Positions 1 through 9,895 of a DNA stretch of 64,000 nucleotides are shown one piece after another. Origin of the DNA: a bacterium (GTDB lineage: Bacteria; SAR324; NAC60-12); the NCBI GenBank assembly GCA_965205865.1, contig CBDBHR010000030.1:1216001-1280000 (forward strand), in the 5' to 3' direction. Each line of letters opens with the position of its first letter. Within the stretch, counting starts at the first letter, position 1. The notes under the pieces were generated by a model. It ran no database searches and was not told the origin of the DNA. It saw nothing but the letters and a program-made list of their open reading frames with translations. The position numbers were made by a program, and so were the translations under genes.

Positions 1-1123
1 GTTTGTAAGGCATCTTGATAATTGCGTACCGGGTTTGCGGCAAAGAAAAAACCAAACATCCCTCCCATGTGATGGGCTTGAAAAGGGAGGCCTGCTTTTT
101 CGAACAGACTCGTCATTTCATTGACCAGCCACGAACATTTTTGGCTGAGATCCGCATAAACTCCTTCACATTTGAGCAATTGAAGGGTGGCAATGCCCGC
201 TGCTACCGCAATGGGATTGCCCGACAAGGTGCCTGCCTGATAAACCGGGCCGACAGGGGCAACTTGCAACATGATATCCTGACGGCCGCCATACGCGCCC
301 ACAGGTAAACCTCCTCCAATCACTTTGCCAAAAGTGGTGAGATCCGGCTGAACGTTTAAAAGAGCTTGCGCCCCTCCGTAATCCACGCGGAAACCGCTCA
401 TCACTTCATCAAAATAAGCACCATCCCTTCCCGATTACACAAATTCCGCAATCCCTGCAAGAATCCATGTTCCGGTAAAATCATTCCCATGTTTCCCGCC
501 ACCGGCTCGACGATCACTGCCGCTATTTCCTGAGGATGAAGATCCAGCAGTTCGATCACCGAATCGAGATCATTGTAACGCGCCAACAGAGTCAACTCCA
601 CAAATGCTTGTGGCACTCCGGCAGAATCAGGTTTGCCCAAAGTGGTGGCACCCGAACCGGCTTGTACGAGTAAGGGATCCACGCTGCCGTGATAACATCC
701 TTCGAACTTTATGATCTTGTCTTTTCCGGTATAGCCACGCGCAGTCCGGATTGCCCCCATAGTGGCTTCACCGCCGGAGTTGACGAGCCTCAGAATCTCG
801 ATGCCCGGCACGGCTTCTTTGACCATCTCCGCTAAAACGACCTCGTTTTCAGTAGGGGCGCCGAATGAGGTACCGGCATGCAGCGCTTTTTCCACTGCCT
901 CCATCACCGCTTGATGACAATGACCTAAAATGAGGGGTCCCCAAGAGCCCACATAGTCGATGAACTCGTTGCCATCAATATCATAAATTTTTGATCCTTT
1001 GCCTCGCTCAATGAAAAGGGGGTGTGTCTCCACGGATTTGAATGCGCGAACGGGACTGTTTACGCCTCCTGGAATCGATAGTTGCGCACGCTCGAAAAGT
1101 TGAAGAGATCGACTGAATTTCAT
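1..1123 (-). CDS. hemL: Glutamate-1-semialdehyde 2,1-aminomutase, with one frameshift at about 411-414; runs off the window start
   Basis: [32 protein letters not shown] and EPVAGNMG motifs. The ORF stops at LILMK*, but adding one T to the T-run restores [11 protein letters not shown]...[21 protein letters not shown]...[10 protein letters not shown], in frame to position 1. Confidence 0.93.
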
Positions 1124-1175
1124 GGCTATGTCCTTATCAAAGAGAGCCTGCAACGCGGGCTGCTGGTAATAACGC

Positions 1176-1220
1176 CACTCCCCCCTCCCCTAACCCCTCC
1201 CTCGTGGGGAGGGGGACTCC
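1176..1220. repeat. GC-rich REP-like palindrome (CCCCTCCCCTAACCCCTCCC...GGGGAGGGGG)
   Basis: Imperfect inverted repeat in the intergenic gap between the peptidase and hemL. A shorter similar motif lies at about 7245-7270. Confidence 0.5.
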
Positions 1221-1306
1221 TTCCGAGCCATAGAAAAGCAAGAAAAGACCCTCGAGCAATGGATCGACTGATTGGGAAAGATTTGTCACAAAATGATAGC
1301 AGCAGA

Positions 1307-4300
1307 CTATGGATTTTGTTGCGAATCTTTAAATTGGTCAAAGGATTGGACTATGATTCCCGACCCTGGAATATCCGTGTGTGATTGACCCACCATGCGA
1401 ATTGCCAAATAGGGATTTTCTTCAAGAGAGAGCGTGTTTTCCAAAATCTCCACCACTTCGTCCCGTGTCACTTCCTCAATGGCTTTGATATTTTCACTGA
1501 CGTAATCAAAGTCTGCGTCTTTTTCAAAAGCTTGATAAAACAGGAAATTCGCTTCTTCGGAAATCGTGGCGTATTTCTCCAGTTGGGAATTGATCACGGA
1601 TTGCCGGAAATTTTCAAATTCACCATCAGGCAACTGTTTAAACTCTTCAATGAATTTGGGAATATAGGCTTCTACTCGTTCTTGCAGCAGACCTGGAGGA
1701 TATTTACCGGATTGCACCATCAACATCCACCCCAGGGTTTTTTCCATCCATGATATATCGCCAAAAACGGTATATCCCAACTGTTGCTCGGTCCTCAATT
1801 CACTATATGCCCAGGAGCGCAAAGCGGTGGCAATGATCAGCATCGCTCCCCGCAGCCGGGGATTGCTTGCTCCTACCTGAACTTCAAAGAGCAAGGCGGA
1901 ATTGTCGATTTTCACTTTTTTGGAAAAAATGAAATCTTTGCTATTGTTGATCCGCACAATTGTATTCTCAAAAAGTTCCTCTCGGGGCAGAGGCTGTCCC
2001 TGCAAATTTCGCAACATTTCCTGAAGGGCTTGCCGGGCCTTTTCTTTTTCCAGATTTCCATAGACCACTCCCTGGACGTAGAAAGAGCGATAGAGTGTTT
2101 TTGTATAAGCTATCAAATCATCCAAGGTGATGTTTTTAATTACTTCCTGATATTGGTCTATTGAAAATTTCTTTTCTTCCATGAGCAATGAACGCGCATA
2201 AAACGCTTGCTGATAGGCTTGATTGAACTGGAAATTCTGGTAGATACGCAGACGCCGCTCCTTCAAGGATTGAAACGTTGCTTCATCAATGGTGATCTCC
2301 TGCAGTTTGGTCAACAGGATTTTAGAAAGAGTGAAAATGCGATCTGAATAGCCACTGACATTGACTGTGATTCCCTCTTTACCGGTTCTGATCCCAAATT
2401 CCAATCCGGCAATCCGCACCGCATAGCCAAATTCGTTCAATCCTTCATTGATGGCATTGGTATACAATTGGGAGAGCACCGCTGATTTCGGAGAACTGTA
2501 AACCTGAGGCGTATGAATCAGCAATGTCAGTTCCGCTTTCGGGGTGTGAAAGCGTAAATCCTGCTGAAACCAGACTTCCCCTTGCTCATTGTCCAGGATT
2601 TTTTGAGGACGGGCCATGGCGTGTTTGAAGATCAACTTGCGAAATGGTTGAATCTCTTCCGCACGGCCCGGGAATAACTGCTCTTGAAATTCTTGCCAGG
2701 ACGCCCAATATTTTCCCTGATGCGTCTCCAGCACATTGAGGATGGGCTGGGGAATTTGCTCTTGTTTCAATCCAACCAGGGACTGATAGGCGAGCATAAA
2801 CTGAGTGATTGAAGAAACCAGATTCAGATTTTCCGGGATAAAAATATTCTTTTCCGGCAAATCCATTTCTTCATGAGGCTGGACTTTCTGCAGCGTACGA
2901 ATGAAATCCGGATTGTCTTCGGTATAAGAATAATTGGCTCCGAAATAAGGCTCGGTCTTGTCTGTTTTCAAGCCCTTGGCCATCAAAGTGACCAGCATGT
3001 TGTCCGCAGTGAGGCGAAACAGAATGCTGTCGAAATGGTGAGGTTCGTAGCGATCATAAAGAAATGGCGCCGTTTCTACCAAGTCCATTGGAATGTAGTG
3101 GAGTAAGGAAGCAAAGCCGATGACCAGATCCGTGCCATCGGTTTTTTCCTCAAAACGATAATCGATCACCGCCATCTGCTCGAGTTCCTCAAAAAGCTCT
3201 TCTTGAAAGCCCGTGCGTCTTAAAAGTCGGATGTATTGAAAAATCCGTTTGACGACCGTTTCATATTGTTCCAATCCTTTCGGCGTCAGTTGCACTGTAA
3301 CAGTAAATCGCCCATAGGCTTTTCCGGAAGAACCTCCTGCGGAAAGACCTGTGGCCAGACCTTCCTTTTTGAGCAAGGAGAGGAGGCTTCCTTTTCCTTC
3401 GTGACCAATGAGGTGTCCTAAGGCATAGCTGGGTTTGGTTTCATAGAGCCTTTGGATACTGGGCAGCGGAAAGATGAGTTTAAGGGAACGGGTATCTTTG
3501 AGCGGTTCAATCCGGACCACCCGAAACTGATCGCTTTTCTTCAAATAAGTTTGAGGGATCCTGATTGGACTGACCGGCAGATTGCGAATCTGGCTGAAGT
3601 ACGTCTCCACCCATTCATGCAGAGTGTCCAGATCCTGCTTTCCCAAAACAGCCAGTGTCATCGAGTTCGCAGAATAGTATTTGTCGTAAAATTCCAGCAA
3701 ATCCTCTCTGGTGGTGTTTTGCAAGGTCGCCACGTTGCCAATACGAAAATTTTGTGCCGGGTGATTGGGGGTAAATAAGGAAGCCTCCACTTGCGACACG
3801 CGCCAATGATCGCTGGGTCGCTTTTGGGTATATTCTGACTCCACCACTTCCAATTCACGCTTGACATATTCCGGATTGAATAGAGGGGCGATAAAAAACT
3901 GGGCAAAGCGATCGAGCGCTTCTTCCAAATGCTCCCCGGCCACTTGAAAATAATAGTTAGTCGTCTCGTTCGTTGTGAATGCGTTGCTGAATCCGTCATG
4001 ACTGGTAAGAAAATCTTTGTCGTCGTCAACATCCGGGTATTTTTCAGTCCCTAAAAACAACATGTGTTCTAAAAAATGGGCTATTCCCTGATGCTCGGGG
4101 GGATCGCTCAAAGATCCGACTGCCACACTGAGCGACGCCGCTCCGTGATGCGCGGTGGGATCAGAAACTAAAATGACCTTCAAGGAATTGGGAAGGATAA
4201 ATCGACGATATTGCCGCTGCTCATAACGTGGGTCCGTTCTGTCTGTTGCCCAGGTGTTTAAATGTTGAGAAGGAAAAAGAAAGAAAAACACAAAAAATAT

Positions 4301-4324
4301 AAATAGATATCTCATGGTATTCAT
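1307..4324 (-). CDS. Exported M16A zinc metallopeptidase (insulysin/pitrilysin family)
   Basis: Inverted zinc motif HFLEH (GIAHFLEHMLFLGTEKYP), NAFT, GHEGKGSLLS and LRTEQQLGY; hydrophobic N-terminal signal; 1005 aa. Confidence 0.93.
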   Translation of the reverse strand: MNTMRYLFIFFVFFFLFPSQHLNTWATDRTDPRYEQRQYRRFILPNSLKVILVSDPTAHHGAASLSVAVGSLSDPPEHQGIAHFLEHMLFLGTEKYPDVDDDKDFLTSHDGFSNAFTTNETTNYYFQVAGEHLEEALDRFAQFFIAPLFNPEYVKRELEVVESEYTQKRPSDHWRVSQVEASLFTPNHPAQNFRIGNVATLQNTTREDLLEFYDKYYSANSMTLAVLGKQDLDTLHEWVETYFSQIRNLPVSPIRIPQTYLKKSDQFRVVRIEPLKDTRSLKLIFPLPSIQRLYETKPSYALGHLIGHEGKGSLLSLLKKEGLATGLSAGGSSGKAYGRFTVTVQLTPKGLEQYETVVKRIFQYIRLLRRTGFQEELFEELEQMAVIDYRFEEKTDGTDLVIGFASLLHYIPMDLVETAPFLYDRYEPHHFDSILFRLTADNMLVTLMAKGLKTDKTEPYFGANYSYTEDNPDFIRTLQKVQPHEEMDLPEKNIFIPENLNLVSSITQFMLAYQSLVGLKQEQIPQPILNVLETHQGKYWASWQEFQEQLFPGRAEEIQPFRKLIFKHAMARPQKILDNEQGEVWFQQDLRFHTPKAELTLLIHTPQVYSSPKSAVLSQLYTNAINEGLNEFGYAVRIAGLEFGIRTGKEGITVNVSGYSDRIFTLSKILLTKLQEITIDEATFQSLKERRLRIYQNFQFNQAYQQAFYARSLLMEEKKFSIDQYQEVIKNITLDDLIAYTKTLYRSFYVQGVVYGNLEKEKARQALQEMLRNLQGQPLPREELFENTIVRINNSKDFIFSKKVKIDNSALLFEVQVGASNPRLRGAMLIIATALRSWAYSELRTEQQLGYTVFGDISWMEKTLGWMLMVQSGKYPPGLLQERVEAYIPKFIEEFKQLPDGEFENFRQSVINSQLEKYATISEEANFLFYQAFEKDADFDYVSENIKAIEEVTRDEVVEILENTLSLEENPYLAIRMVGQSHTDIPGSGIIVQSFDQFKDSQQNP

Positions 4325-4611
4325 TAGTTCGAGTTAATGCATGTTTCTATGAAATGCTCATTAGAGAATTTGAGGGTTACACTTTGAATAGTTTATTTTA
4401 TTTATCTTTGTTTTTTTGTCAAGTTGCGTTCGAGGGAGTTTAATTGAAAAATAACTATTGCATTTCCCCTCATTCCTCTTATCTGAAAACCGTTGCTCCC
4501 TACCTTCCTGTTATTTCGCCGCTCAAAGGAATCTTTCAGACCTCTACCCTGAAAAACTTAAAAAACCAATAACCTTCTTCATTGAGTTTATGTTTTTTTA
4601 ATCTCTTAGGG

Positions 4612-4688
4612 TCTGATTCCCCGCAGTCTTGCTGCGATGAAAATGATTTACCAATAAATACGCCGCTGCTTGCCGCAGGGTAGTTCAT
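4612..4688. mobile_element. Small palindromic element resembling IS200/IS605-type hairpin ends, with no gene
   Basis: Two related hairpins, CCGCAGTCTTGCTGCG and CGCCGCTGCTTGCCGCAGGGTAGTTCAT, about 25 bp apart. The family assignment is from pattern recognition only. Confidence 0.4.
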
Positions 4689-4727
4689 TTTTTTCGCGAA
4701 TCCTGTTTTTTTAGGCTATACGTTGTA

Positions 4728-4980
4728 TAGTAGTGCTAAAATCATGACTTGTTGTTTCAGGGAAGAAGAGGGTTCCCGCTCGATCGATTGAACAATGCCG
4801 TGGTAGGGCGTGAAAACGATGGATCCTCCCCGGGAATCTTTTTTCAACATTTTTGTATTTTAGGCTTGATCCTGAGGATCCTAAGTAGTAGTAGTGTTAA
4901 AATCATTTCTTGTTGTTTTGGGAAAGAGAGGGCGTGAAAACGAGTCATCCCCCCCGGGAATCTTTTTTCAACTTTTTGCT
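4728..4980 (+). repeat. Degenerate tandem duplication (about 4728-4855 and 4887-4980), homologous to 43600-43765 on the opposite strand
   Basis: TAGTAGTG(C/T)TAAAATCAT...GGGCGTGAAAACGA...CCCCGGGAATCTTTTTTCAAC occurs twice. The reverse complement of 43600-43765 shares GATGGATCCTCC.CGGGAATCTTTTTTCA and GAGGGTTCCCGC. Confidence 0.7.
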
Positions 4981-5122
4981 ATTCTTATGAACTCGAGAGT
5001 GACGAATTCTTGTCAGTCAATGAAATTAAAATCACTGACTGATACACATTCTCATTTCCGCGAAAGCGCATTGGATCAACTTAAGAGTCCGTATATTATT
5101 TCAGTTACTTGGAGTCAAAAAT

Positions 5123-5222
5123 AGAATTCCACACCCCTGGAAAGATGGGCCAGGGGAGCGGGAATCCGTAGTGTTTTCATAGGCTAATGAAGACTGGATC
5201 CCGCATCAAGTGCGGGATGACA
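5123..5222. repeat. TGTCAT-type palindromic doublet with a degenerate left arm
   Basis: Right arm TGGATCCCGCATCAAGTGCGGGATGACA (5195-5222). The left arm ends GCGGGAATCC and has an extra CCCCTGG...CCAGGGG hairpin in its loop. Confidence 0.7.
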
Positions 5223-5466
5223 CGAGAATTCGTAACTCAAGAGCAATGAGAGTAGGCGCGATGAGACGTAGAATCAATAGCAGGCAGTTAACTTCTGACA
5301 AAAGAGGAATTATGAAAGATAAAATCAAAAAAAATATCAATCAACTTCTGAAAAAGGAGAAATTATGCGACATCCAATAAATCAAATCCAATTCACTTCT
5401 AATAAAGAAGAAGCAATGGAACATCCAAGGAATCTTAACCCAAATCAAAGTGAAAGAGGAGGAATC

Positions 5467-7224
5467 ATGGAAAAAAGTATAACCAGAAAAATCAATTCAT
5501 TGTTGTTGACCCTCATCCTGATGGTGACCGTCCTGTGGGTCGGGTCGGTCGTTGCTGCTGAGAAAGAGATGGTCACCGACCCCACCACCGGTAAAATGGT
5601 GAGCGCACCGGAGTATGGCGGGACATTCAGCTGGGGCGATGCGCTCGAGCCTCCGCACTGTGACCCCTACCTGCATGGCCATGGGCCAAGGGTCATCGAT
5701 GAAGTTGGAGAGAAGCTGGGCCTCGGGAACTGGGCAGTAGATCGGGCCGAACATAGCTTTTCAGACCCGTGGATCCCTTCCCATTTCATGACAGGGGCGC
5801 TGGCGGAAAGCTGGGAGATGGCTGACCCACTGACCTATGTCTTCCACATTCGCCAGGGCATTCGCTGGCACGACAAGGCGCCGATGAATGGTCGGAAGTT
5901 CATTGCCCAGGATGTCGTCTATAACTTTCACCGTTATACAGGTACGGGCAGCGGCTTCAGCGAACCGAGCGCCGGTGCCGGCAATCTCGCCTCAATACCA
6001 TTCGAATCGATAACGGCCAGAGACGATGCGACGGTTGTCTTCAAACTGACGAAGCCAAAGGTAGACCTGCCTGACGTTCTCCTGGTCGACTGGTATGCGT
6101 GGATATTACCCCCTGAGGTCATCGAGCAGCATGGCGACCTGACGGACTGCGACAACATGGTCGGCACCGGGCCCTATATGCTGACCGAATGGGTCAAGGG
6201 CAGCTCCCTGACCTATTCCAAGAATCCTGACTACTGGGACTTCGACGAAAAATACCCGCAGAACCGCTTACCCTACATCGACCAGATAAATCGGTTGATC
6301 ATGCCGGATAAGGCAACATCGCTGGCGGCGCTGCGCTCGGCCAAGCTCGATTACGTCGGTCAGCCTGGCATCAATCAGTTACAAGCGTCCCAGGTAGAGA
6401 GCCTCGAGCGCACCAACCCCGAAATCGTAGTATGGCCGTGGGCCTTTCGGTCGGAGACCTCCGCTGCATTCAACGTGCGCCACCCGTCGCCCTTTCAAGA
6501 CATCCGGGTGCGTAAGGCCATGCAGATGGCCATTGATATCGAAACCATTAACAAGACCTACTTTGGGGGCTTTGGAATGACGACGCCCCAAGGGATTATA
6601 GGGGATGGTCTGAAGGGGTACTTCGTCCCATTCGAAGAGTGGCCCGAAGAGACCAAGAACGTCTTTACTTATGACCCGGAAGGGGCGATGCGGCTTCTGG
6701 CTGAAGCGGGCTATCCCAATGGCTTCAAGGCCGTCCATAACCCTTTGCCCTCATGGGGGCTGGGCTATCAAGAGATAGTCGTTGAATACTGGGCTGCGAT
6801 TGGCGTTGACGTAGAGATCAAGACGCATGAAGGCACTCAGTTGACGGGATTAATAACTGACGGTTCGTATGAAGGCATGACCTTTATGGATCTCGGCAAT
6901 GACACCTCGCCTCCCTTGCTGCTAAACCGGCTTCAAATCGGGGCGGTGTGGGGCCGCACCGGACACCAGGACCCCGTGATGCAGTCCAAGGTTGAAGCCG
7001 CTATGGCCGCTCCCACCCTCGAGGAGCAGCAGCGGCTGACCGCGGAGGCAGATTTGTACATGATCGAGCAGCATTGGTACATATGGGGTCCCAAAGTTCC
7101 CCAATTCGACGCGATCCAGCCGTGGGTGATAGGTTTCAACGGTGAAATCTTTGTTGGCAACTCACATGCGCCGTTCTCCCGTCTGTGGATCGATAGTGCG
7201 CTGAAGAAAGAAATGGGGCATTAG
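5467..7224 (+). CDS. ABC transporter substrate-binding protein, family 5 (peptide/nickel/opine), cassette 1
   Basis: PEYGGT, LAESWE, GTGPY, NPDYW and DIRVRKAMQMAID motifs; signal peptide; GGAGG RBS before ATG 5467. Confidence 0.92.
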   Translation: MEKSITRKINSLLLTLILMVTVLWVGSVVAAEKEMVTDPTTGKMVSAPEYGGTFSWGDALEPPHCDPYLHGHGPRVIDEVGEKLGLGNWAVDRAEHSFSDPWIPSHFMTGALAESWEMADPLTYVFHIRQGIRWHDKAPMNGRKFIAQDVVYNFHRYTGTGSGFSEPSAGAGNLASIPFESITARDDATVVFKLTKPKVDLPDVLLVDWYAWILPPEVIEQHGDLTDCDNMVGTGPYMLTEWVKGSSLTYSKNPDYWDFDEKYPQNRLPYIDQINRLIMPDKATSLAALRSAKLDYVGQPGINQLQASQVESLERTNPEIVVWPWAFRSETSAAFNVRHPSPFQDIRVRKAMQMAIDIETINKTYFGGFGMTTPQGIIGDGLKGYFVPFEEWPEETKNVFTYDPEGAMRLLAEAGYPNGFKAVHNPLPSWGLGYQEIVVEYWAAIGVDVEIKTHEGTQLTGLITDGSYEGMTFMDLGNDTSPPLLLNRLQIGAVWGRTGHQDPVMQSKVEAAMAAPTLEEQQRLTAEADLYMIEQHWYIWGPKVPQFDAIQPWVIGFNGEIFVGNSHAPFSRLWIDSALKKEMGH

Positions 7225-7329
7225 GAGCTGTGTTAAAACCTTGTTCCCCCTCTCCTGGTGGGAGGCAGAGAAGCAGTTTGGCCACAGGCGTGGCCAGTAA
7301 AAACTACTGAACGCGGGAGGGGGCATCAT

Positions 7330-8286
7330 ATGAAAGCCTATCTCATCCGGCGGGTATTGCTGGTAATCCCCACCCTGTTTATCCTGAGCATCCTGGTCTT
7401 TCTCTCGGTGCGCTTCATCCCCGGCGACGTCGTAGATGCCATGTTGGGTCAGCTGCAGTCGACAATAGGGAGGATAGACCGTGCAGCCGTTGAGCGTCGG
7501 CTGGGACTGGACGTGCCGGTCTGGGAGCAGTATGGACGCTGGATCGGCCAGATTCTCCGGCATGGCAGCCTGGGCAAATCCCTGTGGGGCGAATGGACGG
7601 TAGAGGAGAGGATACTAGCTAGCCTGCCGATCACCCTTGAGCTTGGCGTCCTGGCCATCGTAATCGGGCTTGTGATCGCGCTGCCCGTGGGTATCTACTC
7701 GGCGATGCGCCAGGATACGGTCGGCGATTACGCGGGGCGTTCCCTGGCCATCATCGGCCTGGCCACGCCGAACTTCTGGCTGGCCATTATGGTGATACTC
7801 TACCCGGCCATCTGGTGGGGCTGGACGCCGCCGATGCAGTGGGTTCCTTTCACCAAAGACCCGCTGGGGAATCTCGGGATATTCCTCATTCCCAGCGCGA
7901 TTCTGGGGACAGCCATGGCCGCCGCCACCATGCGCATGACGCGCACTATGATGCTGGAGGTGCTCCGGCAGGACTATATCCGCACCGCTTGGTCCAAGGG
8001 CCTCAGGGAGCGGGTCGTGATTATCCGGCACACCATCAAAAATGCCCTCATCCCGGTGGTAACTCTGATCGGCCTGCAGTTGCCGATCCTGGTAGGGGGC
8101 GCGGTGATCATGGAGAATATCTTCAACCTGCCGGGACTCGGTCGTCTCATGCTGGATGCCCTGCAACACCGGGACTACCCGGTGGTCCAGGGAACCAACC
8201 TGTTTTTCGCGACCGGGGTGGTGCTGCTCAATCTTTTGATCGACCTGATATATCCCTATTTGGACCCCAGAGTCAGATATGAATAG
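7330..8286 (+). CDS. ABC transporter permease, DppB/OppB-like, cassette 1
   Basis: YLIRR, QDYIRTAWSKGL (EAA loop), PGLGRL and LDPRVRY motifs. Confidence 0.92.
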   Translation: MKAYLIRRVLLVIPTLFILSILVFLSVRFIPGDVVDAMLGQLQSTIGRIDRAAVERRLGLDVPVWEQYGRWIGQILRHGSLGKSLWGEWTVEERILASLPITLELGVLAIVIGLVIALPVGIYSAMRQDTVGDYAGRSLAIIGLATPNFWLAIMVILYPAIWWGWTPPMQWVPFTKDPLGNLGIFLIPSAILGTAMAAATMRMTRTMMLEVLRQDYIRTAWSKGLRERVVIIRHTIKNALIPVVTLIGLQLPILVGGAVIMENIFNLPGLGRLMLDALQHRDYPVVQGTNLFFATGVVLLNLLIDLIYPYLDPRVRYE

Positions 8287-8334
8287 TCGTTATGCTTCTG
8301 GTAAATATAGGTTTGAGATTCGTCTGTCAGAAGT

Positions 8335-8742
8335 AGTCCCTGAGGGACGAAAGGAAGTAGCCCAGCGATTCATCGCTGGGAACAAAAGATAGTCTCCTTC
8401 AAAGTCCCGGAGGGACGATACAACAATGAGGTTTCATGTCCCATTCCTACATCAGCAATCATCTTCATGGTGTCTTTTGCGCAAAAAACCGAGTTGAGAT
8501 GATGACTCCTGAAATCAAAAAGCGCCTTTTTCCTTATTTGACATCATGAGCGTTATATTTGGGAGTAACTCGCTGGATCGAAGAAGTGTCGTCCCTCCGG
8601 GACTAGCTGAGGAGGAGGGGGGTTCCTTTCCCAGCGATGAATCGCTGGGCTATTCCCTTTCGTCCCTCTGGGACTAGCTGAGGAGGGGGTTCCTTTCCCA
8701 GCGATGAATCGCTGGGCTATTCCCTTTCGTCCCTCCAGGACT
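8335..8742. mobile_element. Non-autonomous Y1-transposase (IS200/RAYT-like) element with inverted palindromic flanks
   Basis: The left flank GTCCCTGAGGGACGA...CCCAGCGATTCATCGCTGGG is the inverse of two tandem ~60-bp right units (TCGTCCCTCCGGGACTAGCTGAGG...CCCAGCGATGAATCGCTGGGCTA). The flanks enclose a transposase remnant. Confidence 0.75.
8436..8568 (+). pseudogene. tnpA: Internally deleted IS200/IS605-family (Y1 HUH) transposase
   Basis: ATG 8436 reads MSHSYISNHLHGVFCAKNRVEMMTPEIKKRLFPYL (typical H-x-V-F-x-x-K-N-R N-terminus). It is joined out of frame to HERYIWE* (typical C-terminus). The HUH core is missing. Confidence 0.72.
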
Positions 8743-8764
8743 GCATTATAGAAAAATCGAGAAC

Positions 8765-9733
8765 ATGAGCGACAGCATAGAGACGCCATCCCCGATCATT
8801 GAGTCCAAGCGACGGGGCCGGTTTGTGGATTTCTTCATCAGGCTGATCAGGGAAAAGCCCCTCGGGACGTTTGGCGGGATAGTCACCTTGATCTTTATTT
8901 TGTTGGCGATCTTTGCCGAGCTTCTGGCGCCTTATCCCTATCGGGAAATACACCTGGCCGACATACTAAAAGGCCCAGCCGCCCAGTATCTGCTGGGGAC
9001 CGACCATTTGGGGCGAGACCTGTTGAGCCGCCTTCTCTACGGGGCTCGTATTTCCTTGACCGTCGGTCTGGCCGCGACGGTGCTGAATGTGGTGGTCGCT
9101 GTCCTGATTGGCGGCACTTCCGGATTCCTGGGGGGGAAAGTGGACCTGGCGGTGCAGCGCTTTGTCGATGCCTGGATGGCCTTCCCGGGGCTGCTCTTGT
9201 TGTTAACCATCATGTCCATCGTGGGACAAGGCCTCCTCCAGATCATCGTGGTGTTGGGGATTACCGGAGGTGTCGGCGGCTCCCGAGTCATCCGAGGCGC
9301 CGTGGTGGGCATCAAAGAGAATGACTATTTCCTGGCAGCCAGGGCCGTAGGCACTCCCACGCGCCATATCCTGACCCGCCATGTGCTGCCCAATATTATG
9401 GCGCCCCTCATCATCATCTTCTCGATCAACATTGGCGGCGTAATCATCGCCGAGGCGTCGCTGAGCTTCCTGGGATTCGGGCTGCCCCTCAAGGTTCCCA
9501 GCTGGGGAGGAATGCTCAGCCGGGAAGGGCGGGAATTCATGGAGCGGGCGCCCCGGCTGGCGCTCTGGCCGGGGCTGTGCCTGACGATTGTCGTCTACTC
9601 TCTCAACATGTTCGGAGACGCCATGCGAGACCTGCTGGATCCCCGGCTGCGAGGCGGACAGGGAAGTTACGGCGCCACGGGGAAACGCAAACGAGGTCTC
9701 TTGGCCCGACTGATCAACCCTTTCAACTGGTAA
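8765..9733 (+). CDS. ABC transporter permease, DppC/OppC-like, cassette 1
   Basis: LLGTDHLGRD, AARAVG, HVLPN, PSWGGML and GDAMRDLLDPR motifs. Confidence 0.92.
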   Translation: MSDSIETPSPIIESKRRGRFVDFFIRLIREKPLGTFGGIVTLIFILLAIFAELLAPYPYREIHLADILKGPAAQYLLGTDHLGRDLLSRLLYGARISLTVGLAATVLNVVVAVLIGGTSGFLGGKVDLAVQRFVDAWMAFPGLLLLLTIMSIVGQGLLQIIVVLGITGGVGGSRVIRGAVVGIKENDYFLAARAVGTPTRHILTRHVLPNIMAPLIIIFSINIGGVIIAEASLSFLGFGLPLKVPSWGGMLSREGREFMERAPRLALWPGLCLTIVVYSLNMFGDAMRDLLDPRLRGGQGSYGATGKRKRGLLARLINPFNW

Positions 9734-9895
9734 GCGCGCAATATGAAATATACTCGCCTGAATCGAATGGTCTCTTAAGAGACCTCAATAGTAACCTTGA
9801 ATATTAAAATGCGATCCCATATCTTGGTTCCTGTTCTCAACTCGAATCGATATCCTGCTTTGCCGGTCCTTCTTACAGATGCCATAGAAAATAAA

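Noticed and set aside
8587-8742. Tandem ~60-bp repeats as a CRISPR array
   Set aside because: The units are near-identical along their whole length with no unique spacers and no cas genes; they are explained as Y1/REP flanks.
9769-9784. Perfect 16-bp palindrome GGTCTCTTAAGAGACC
   Set aside because: A single occurrence with no U-tract or second copy; it cannot be assigned as operator or terminator.
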